Shown here piece by piece: positions 58,496-64,000 of a stretch of 64,000 bases of DNA. The stretch lies in contig CAVTJJ010000004.1 in NCBI GenBank assembly GCA_963735035.1, forward strand, positions 1,408,001-1,472,000, read 5' to 3'. The DNA is from an uncultured candidate division Zixibacteria bacterium. GTDB lineage: Bacteria > Zixibacteria > MSB-5A5 > GN15 > FEB-12. Within the stretch, counting starts at the first letter, position 1, and every line of letters begins with the position of its first letter. The translations under genes and the position numbers were made by a program. Under the pieces are notes generated by a model. It saw nothing but the letters and a program-made list of their open reading frames with translations, searched no databases and was not told the origin of the DNA.

Positions 58496-59250
58496 CGTGC
58501 CCGGCAGATGTCCACATCTGCCGACGAATGTGATTGAAGCCATTTGTTGATCTTCATAGTCTTGGGTAATGCCAACTCGAACGCGCCTGCAACTTTCCGG
58601 CCCATGTCTGGTCTTCGTTACAACTACTGTCACGGGATGGATTCCGGTATTCAACGATAGAGGTATCGCCGAAAGGACGCTATACCAATTCTGCGAGGCT
58701 TTGGAGACTTATCAGGCTTCTTGCGTTGCGTTTGTGCTGATGCCATCTCATTTGCACGCGCTACTCGGTATTCGGGAGTACGCTCAGGTCCCCAAGTTCA
58801 TGCAGAGCTTCAAGATTCTCACCTCCAAGAGACTCAAATCTCACCTCAGCGCCGATATGCTTGCCCGTTTGAGTCAGGGAGGAAAATACCAGTTTTGGCA
58901 GCCTCGATACGATGAGCTTGTGATCAAGAGCGAAAAGCAATTTAGAATCAAGGCCGAGTATATCCATACCAACCCGGTCAGAGCTGGTTTGGTCGACCAA
59001 CAGACCGAATGGGTGTACTCGAGTGCAGGGGTTTGGGGCGGGAAGGGGGCTGGGATGGTGCCAATAGATCGTGATTTCACGTTTCAGAAGTAGGAGATGG
59101 CTCTGTCGCTGGCAGATGTGGACATCTGCCAGGCACATGAAAGGGCGAGCTGTGGTGCAGTTCGCTGGCAGATGTGAACATCTGCCAGGCACGTGAAAGG
59201 GCGGGGCAGTAGTACAGTTCGGCGGTAGCAGATGTGGACATCTGCCGGCG
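58496..59250. mobile_element. REPtron: RAYT gene flanked by inverted GGCAGATG-family REPs
   Basis: One REP upstream (58496-58525) and three opposite-orientation copies downstream (59110, 59166, 59227). Confidence 0.85.
58569..59093 (+). CDS. REP-associated tyrosine transposase (RAYT, Y1 HUH family)
   Basis: FVTT, FVLMPSHLH (HUH), FK..TS, FWQPRY, EYIHTNPVRAGL (catalytic Tyr), WVYSSA. Confidence 0.92.
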   Translation: MPTRTRLQLSGPCLVFVTTTVTGWIPVFNDRGIAERTLYQFCEALETYQASCVAFVLMPSHLHALLGIREYAQVPKFMQSFKILTSKRLKSHLSADMLARLSQGGKYQFWQPRYDELVIKSEKQFRIKAEYIHTNPVRAGLVDQQTEWVYSSAGVWGGKGAGMVPIDRDFTFQK

Positions 59251-59367
59251 CCTGAAAATACAAGCCAACCATCGATCATAATCGGCAGGGTTCCACCCCC
59301 GCCGTGTCCGTAGAGAAAGCACGGCAGGCATGGAGGCCTGCCGATCATATTTACTCCTGCCATACGA

Positions 59368-59405
59368 ACAAAAAAGCCGGGGCCCAAGAGAGTCCCGGCT
59401 TTTGT
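59368..59405. terminator. Bidirectional terminator
   Basis: ACAAAAAAGCCGGG...CCCGGCTTTTGT between convergent genes. Confidence 0.75.
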
Positions 59406-59424
59406 CATTTCTTGTCGCGTCAGT

Positions 59425-60021
59425 CTAGAAGAACTTGAAGCCAACCGTTACCGGTATGAACGATGACGTCTCGTTATCGGTCGCAATGCTTACATAGCGG
59501 GCCTGCGCAAAGACGCTGAACTTCGGACCGTTGAACAGATTGGCGCCGGCACCGGCGTTCCAGTAGAACTTGGTCTGGTCCTGAGCCACCACCGAATTCA
59601 TAATGCTCAGAGTCAGAGAAGCCGGGCCTTCGAAATCGGTCTGCTTGATATTCGCAAAACCGGCGCCACCAAGAATATAGGGGCTGACCGGGAAACCGGG
59701 CACGCTCGGGTTGAACTTCAAATCGCCGCCGAACATCATCATCTTGTTGGTGCCGCCGGTGTACTCGGAATTGGCAGCGTCAAAGTTGAACTTGAAGGCG
59801 TGGTATTCAGCCTTAGCAACAAACTCCAGAACCGGGTTCACATGGAAGCCGATGCCGACAAAGCCATGGTAGCCGTTCTTGAAGCTGTTCTTGAAGGCGT
59901 CCGGAGCGGTCGGGAATGACATCGCTCCACCGGCGTAGAAACTAACCGGGCTGCTCATCTGGGCCGAAGCGACGGCGCTCAGGGTAAGCAGGATCGCGAG
60001 AATGGCGAGAATCTTCTTCAT
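59425..60021 (-). CDS. Outer-membrane beta-barrel (OmpA-like membrane domain)
   Basis: AGGAGG RBS; signal peptide ASA; SPYILGGAG, FAQARY, terminal VGFKFF. Confidence 0.82.
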   Translation of the reverse strand: MKKILAILAILLTLSAVASAQMSSPVSFYAGGAMSFPTAPDAFKNSFKNGYHGFVGIGFHVNPVLEFVAKAEYHAFKFNFDAANSEYTGGTNKMMMFGGDLKFNPSVPGFPVSPYILGGAGFANIKQTDFEGPASLTLSIMNSVVAQDQTKFYWNAGAGANLFNGPKFSVFAQARYVSIATDNETSSFIPVTVGFKFF

Positions 60022-60362
60022 TACTACCTCCTGAAACAGGACTAAGGTTATCTCATGAAATACAGATCGGCTTCTGTGACCGTTTCTTTAGTCAATCCTG
60101 GGGACCTTTTTCTACCGGCGGGCCAGTCCAGGCAGGAACCCCGCCCGAATCGTTTTGTAGGCTAAGCAGATGCATTATGGGTTGATTGGCCCCCGTAACC
60201 AGGAGACGGGTCGGATACGGCGCGAAACGCCATTTGACCCCGCATCCTGGCTCGCATATCGTCAGGAATCTATGGCCTGGCCGACTTGATTTGGCTGGGG
60301 GATTTGGTTATATAGCCAGCCGCGATTCATTGGGTTGAAATAACCGTTCGAAGGAGACTTAT

Positions 60363-61553
60363 ATGTCTGACAAACAAGATGCTTATATCGTCTCCGCCTG
60401 TCGCAGCGCCATCGGGACACTGCACGGCGGGTTGGGTTCGTTCACGGCTCCGCAACTGGGGGCTCTGGCGATCAAAGAGGCGGTCAAACGCTCCGGCATT
60501 GATTCGAAGGATATCGAAGAAGTAATCATGGGCCATGTGGTGCAGGGCGGGGCAGGGCAGGCTCCGGCTCGCCAGGCCGCCATTCACGGGGGGATACCCT
60601 CGAACGTTCCCTGTCTTACCATCAACAAAGTATGCGGCTCCGGTCTGAAGGCGGTCATGATGGCGGCTCAGTCGATCCGTGCCGGTGATCAGCATGTCGT
60701 AGTGGCTGGTGGTATGGAGTCGATGTCGCAGACGCCGTATGTGATCCGGGGCGCCAAGACCGGCACCAAATTCGGACACGGCAAGCTGGAAGACATAATG
60801 ATCTCCGACGGTCTCTGGGATAGTTTCAACGACTTCCACATGGGCAGCGCTGCCGAGTACACTCAGAAGAAGGCCGGTATTTCACGCGAAGAACAGGATC
60901 AATTCGCATACAATTCACACAAGAAGGCAGTTGCGGCGCAACAGGCCGGCAAATTCGACAAGGAAATATTCCCGATCGAAATCCCCCAGCGGAAGGGTGA
61001 CCCGATTGTATTCAAGAAAGATGAATGCCCCCGCGCGGACGTATCGGCCGAGAGTCTCGCTAAACTTCGCCCGGCATTCCAGAAAGACGGCACCGTGACC
61101 GCCGGCAACGCCCCGGGTCTGAACGACGGCTGTTCTGCAGTAGTCGTGGTTTCCGGGAAGTATATGAAGGAACACGGGCTGAAGCCTCTGGCGAGAATAG
61201 TCGAGTACGCCTCGGCGGGAACCGACCCGATCGACCTGTTCTTTGCGCCGATCTATGCGGTCCGCAAACTATGCGACAAGATGGGTGTCAAAGTGGGTCA
61301 TTTCGACTTGATCGAAGCCAATGAAGCGTTCTCGGTGCAGGCGCTCGCCGACGGAAAAGAACTCGGCTGGGACTGGAACCGGGTTAACGTCAACGGCGGG
61401 GCGGTTGCTCTCGGCCATCCGATCGGTGCCTCGGGCACGCGTATCCTGGTGACGCTGATTCATGCTTTGAAAGACCGGAACTTGAAAACCGGTATGGCTA
61501 CCCTATGTCTCGGCGGCGGCAACGCTGTCGCGCTGGCGATTGAACTGGTTTGA
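60363..61553 (+). CDS. atoB: Acetyl-CoA C-acetyltransferase (bacterial-type thiolase)
   Basis: [41 protein letters not shown]. Confidence 0.9.
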   Translation: MSDKQDAYIVSACRSAIGTLHGGLGSFTAPQLGALAIKEAVKRSGIDSKDIEEVIMGHVVQGGAGQAPARQAAIHGGIPSNVPCLTINKVCGSGLKAVMMAAQSIRAGDQHVVVAGGMESMSQTPYVIRGAKTGTKFGHGKLEDIMISDGLWDSFNDFHMGSAAEYTQKKAGISREEQDQFAYNSHKKAVAAQQAGKFDKEIFPIEIPQRKGDPIVFKKDECPRADVSAESLAKLRPAFQKDGTVTAGNAPGLNDGCSAVVVVSGKYMKEHGLKPLARIVEYASAGTDPIDLFFAPIYAVRKLCDKMGVKVGHFDLIEANEAFSVQALADGKELGWDWNRVNVNGGAVALGHPIGASGTRILVTLIHALKDRNLKTGMATLCLGGGNAVALAIELV

Positions 61554-61581
61554 CGTTGGGCGATGTGGAAGGAGCTGAAAG

Positions 61582-62445
61582 TTGAAACTGGATGATATCA
61601 AAAAAGTGACAGTCATCGGGTGTGGCACCATGGGCAACGGTATCGCCCAGGTTTTCGCCCAGAACGGTTACTTCGTGAACGTTGTCGACGTTGACAAGGC
61701 CTTTTTGGAAAGGGCCGTGACCAATATTGCCGGATCGATGGACCGTCAGATCAAGAAGGGAATCATCACCGACGATGCCAAGAAGACGGCGCTGGAGAAA
61801 ATAACTACCAGCACCGATCTCCGGACGGCTCGCGACTCGCAGTTGGTTATCGAGGCGGTTACTGAAAGGCTCGAGGTGAAGCTCGAGATATTCCGGAAGC
61901 TGGCCGATATCTGCTCTCCGGACATAATACTGGCGTCGAATACCTCGTCTCTGCCGATCACCAAGCTGGCCGCGGCTACCAGCAACCCGGCTAATTTTAT
62001 CGGTATGCATTTCATGAACCCGGTGCCCATGATGAAACTGGTGGAACTGATTCGCGGTATCGCCACTTCGACTGAGACCACCGAGGTTGCGCGCGATCTG
62101 TCCAGGAAGCTCGGCAAGATTCCGGTGGAAGTGAATGACTACCCCGGCTTTATTGCCAATCGCATTCTCATGCCCATGATCAACGAGGCAATCTACGCGC
62201 ACATGGAAGGGGTCGGGACGGTCGAGGCTATCGACGAGGTGATGAAGCTTGGAGCGGGGCATCCCATGGGCCCGTTCGTTCTGGCCGATTTCATCGGTCT
62301 CGATGTCTGTCTGGCTATACTGGAAGTTATGCACGACGGTTTGGGCGATCCGAAGTACCGCCCCTGCCCGCTGTTGAAGAAGATGGTGCAGGCAGGATAC
62401 CTGGGTCGCAAGACCGGTCGTGGGTTCTATAAGTACGAACAATAA
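61582..62445 (+). CDS. hbd: 3-hydroxybutyryl-CoA dehydrogenase
   Basis: [46 protein letters not shown]. Confidence 0.93.
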   Translation: MKLDDIKKVTVIGCGTMGNGIAQVFAQNGYFVNVVDVDKAFLERAVTNIAGSMDRQIKKGIITDDAKKTALEKITTSTDLRTARDSQLVIEAVTERLEVKLEIFRKLADICSPDIILASNTSSLPITKLAAATSNPANFIGMHFMNPVPMMKLVELIRGIATSTETTEVARDLSRKLGKIPVEVNDYPGFIANRILMPMINEAIYAHMEGVGTVEAIDEVMKLGAGHPMGPFVLADFIGLDVCLAILEVMHDGLGDPKYRPCPLLKKMVQAGYLGRKTGRGFYKYEQ

Positions 62446-62455
62446 GGAGAGGCGG

Positions 62456-63598
62456 ATGGATTTCTATCTGACCGAGGACGAACAGGAACTGAAAAAGATG
62501 GCCCGCGATCTGGCGGAGAAACGTATTTATCCGCGTGCTCTCCATATGGACGAAGAGGGCGTTACGCCTCAGGATTTGATCGATGAATGCGCGGAGCTGG
62601 GTTATTTCGGTTTCACGGTTCCGGAGGAATACGGCGGACTGGGCATGAGCGCCACCGCGTTTATGGGCGTGCTGGAGGAAATCTGCGCGGCCTGCGCCGG
62701 GTTCGGCATCATGCTCTCGGTTCACAATTCTCTCACCTGTGAGATCATCAAGCTCTATGGATCGGATGCGCTGAAGCAGAAGTATCTCCCGTCGATGGCG
62801 TCGGGAGAGAAGATCGGTGCGTACTGTATCACCGAGCCCGATGCCGGAACCGATGTTGCCTCGATCAAGACCACCGCGGTGAACAAGGGCGACCACTTTG
62901 TTCTCAACGGTACGAAATCATTCGTCACCAATGCCGGGTTCGCCGGATTGTTCATCGTCTTCGCCAAGACCGATCCCGAAGCGAAACACAAAGGGATGTC
63001 GACTTTCGTGGTGGATGCGGGAACCCCCGGACTCAGTCTCGGTCAGCCGGAAAAGAAATGTGGTATCAAAGCCTCCGATACCCGCGAAATCAGCCTCAAC
63101 GACGTCAAGGTTCCGAAAGAGAACCTGATCGGCAATCTGGGCGACGGTTTCAAGATGTGTGTCGGGATTCTCAATTCCGGTCGCATCGGCGTGTCTTTCC
63201 AGGCGATTGGGATCGCCCAGGCCGCTCTCAAGGAAGCCATCAAGTATTCCAAGGAGCGGGTTCAGTTCGGACAACCGATTGCCAATTTCCAGGCGATACA
63301 GTGGAAGCTCGCCGAAATGGCCACCCGGCTCGACGGCGCCCGCTTGTTGGCGTATCGCGCCGCGCAGTTGAAAGACCAGGGCAAGCCGTGCCATCGGGAA
63401 TCGTCCATGTCGAAGCTGTTCTGTTCACAGATGGCTAATTTTGTTTGCAACGAGGCGGTGCAGATTCACGGCGGCTACGGTTATATCAAAGAGTATGCGG
63501 TGGAGCGGTATTTCCGTGACGCCCGGGTGACCGAATTGTACGAAGGCACGTCGGAGGCCCAGCGGATGGTTATCGCCAAGGATTTGTTGAAGGATTAG
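62456..63598 (+). CDS. Acyl-CoA dehydrogenase (butyryl-CoA/short-chain type)
   Basis: TEPDAGTD, LNGTKSFVTN, GRIG, RVQFG, QIHGGYGY, YEGTSE. Confidence 0.93.
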   Translation: MDFYLTEDEQELKKMARDLAEKRIYPRALHMDEEGVTPQDLIDECAELGYFGFTVPEEYGGLGMSATAFMGVLEEICAACAGFGIMLSVHNSLTCEIIKLYGSDALKQKYLPSMASGEKIGAYCITEPDAGTDVASIKTTAVNKGDHFVLNGTKSFVTNAGFAGLFIVFAKTDPEAKHKGMSTFVVDAGTPGLSLGQPEKKCGIKASDTREISLNDVKVPKENLIGNLGDGFKMCVGILNSGRIGVSFQAIGIAQAALKEAIKYSKERVQFGQPIANFQAIQWKLAEMATRLDGARLLAYRAAQLKDQGKPCHRESSMSKLFCSQMANFVCNEAVQIHGGYGYIKEYAVERYFRDARVTELYEGTSEAQRMVIAKDLLKD

Positions 63599-63601
63599 TC
63601 T

Positions 63602-64000
63602 GTGCTCGATAAGAAACATTTGGAGTATCGCGAGAAGATTCGCGCGTTCTGTTTGGAGAAGATCGAGCCGCAAGCGGCCACGCTCGATCGGGAACAGCGT
63701 TTTCTCGATGAACATATCAAGCCGCTGACCGAGATGGGGCTGTTCTCCTGTCTGATTCCCGAAGCCTATGGCGGGCGGCCGGTCGACACGCTCAGCTATA
63801 TTATCGCGGTCGAAGAAGCTTCGCGCGTCTGTGGCGCCACCGGTATCACACTGGCCGCCCACAACTCGCTCGGCTGCTACCCGATTCTGGAATTCGGGAC
63901 CGAAGATCAGCGTAAGAAGTATCTCCCTCGGGCCGCTAAGGGCGAATTGATCGCATTTGGTTTGTCCGAGCCGGACGCCGGTTCCGATGCCGGCGGTACG
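63602..64000 (+). CDS. Second acyl-CoA dehydrogenase (3' end truncated by window)
   Basis: My translation from GTG 63602: LDKKHLEYREKIRAF...IPEAYGG...AHNSLG...FGLSEPDAGSDAGG; not in the ORF track. Confidence 0.88.
   Translation, partial: MLDKKHLEYREKIRAFCLEKIEPQAATLDREQRFLDEHIKPLTEMGLFSCLIPEAYGGRPVDTLSYIIAVEEASRVCGATGITLAAHNSLGCYPILEFGTEDQRKKYLPRAAKGELIAFGLSEPDAGSDAGGT

Noticed and set aside
59107..59250. Possible CRISPR-like repeat-spacer array beside the RAYT
   Set aside because: The intervening segments resemble each other (TGAAAGGGCG...CAGTTCG), indicating tandem duplication rather than unique spacers.

Overview
A 64-kb stretch of a GC-rich, diderm bacterial chromosome. Gene content (PorV-like barrels, a T9SS-type C-terminal sorting domain, a metallopeptidase/TolB/Omp85 protein) points to an FCB-related lineage such as candidate Zixibacteria; this is an inference. 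The first ~35.5 kb is repeat-poor housekeeping and envelope DNA: gpsA, MerR, 3 tRNAs, surE, acyP, apt, GH57, M48, a sugar transferase, an NtrC-type regulator, sbcD, uppP, a heptosyltransferase-GmhB fusion and an Omp85/BamB-like/HEAT cluster. From ~36 to 59.3 kb the intergenic space is dense with several families of REP-like palindromes around hsp20-dnaJ-clpB, cheY-cheX, an archaeal-type HMG-CoA synthase/thiolase/DUF35 operon, accessory genes and a liuBCD-type operon. A REP-associated tyrosine transposase (RAYT) flanked by a GTGC-footed palindrome family closes this region. The window ends in thiolase-hbd-acyl-CoA dehydrogenase genes. Most notable: (i) an apparently circularly permuted blue-copper lipoprotein; (ii) a RAYT/REP system with a non-canonical foot, two of whose REPs sit in frame inside a protein gene; (iii) an archaeal-type mevalonate entry complex whose DUF35 lacks all four Zn-ribbon cysteines; (iv) readable sigma54 and sigma28-like promoter sets. 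apt and clpB carry multiple +1 frameshifts that look like sequencing errors. All family assignments are from motif recognition by eye, not database searches.
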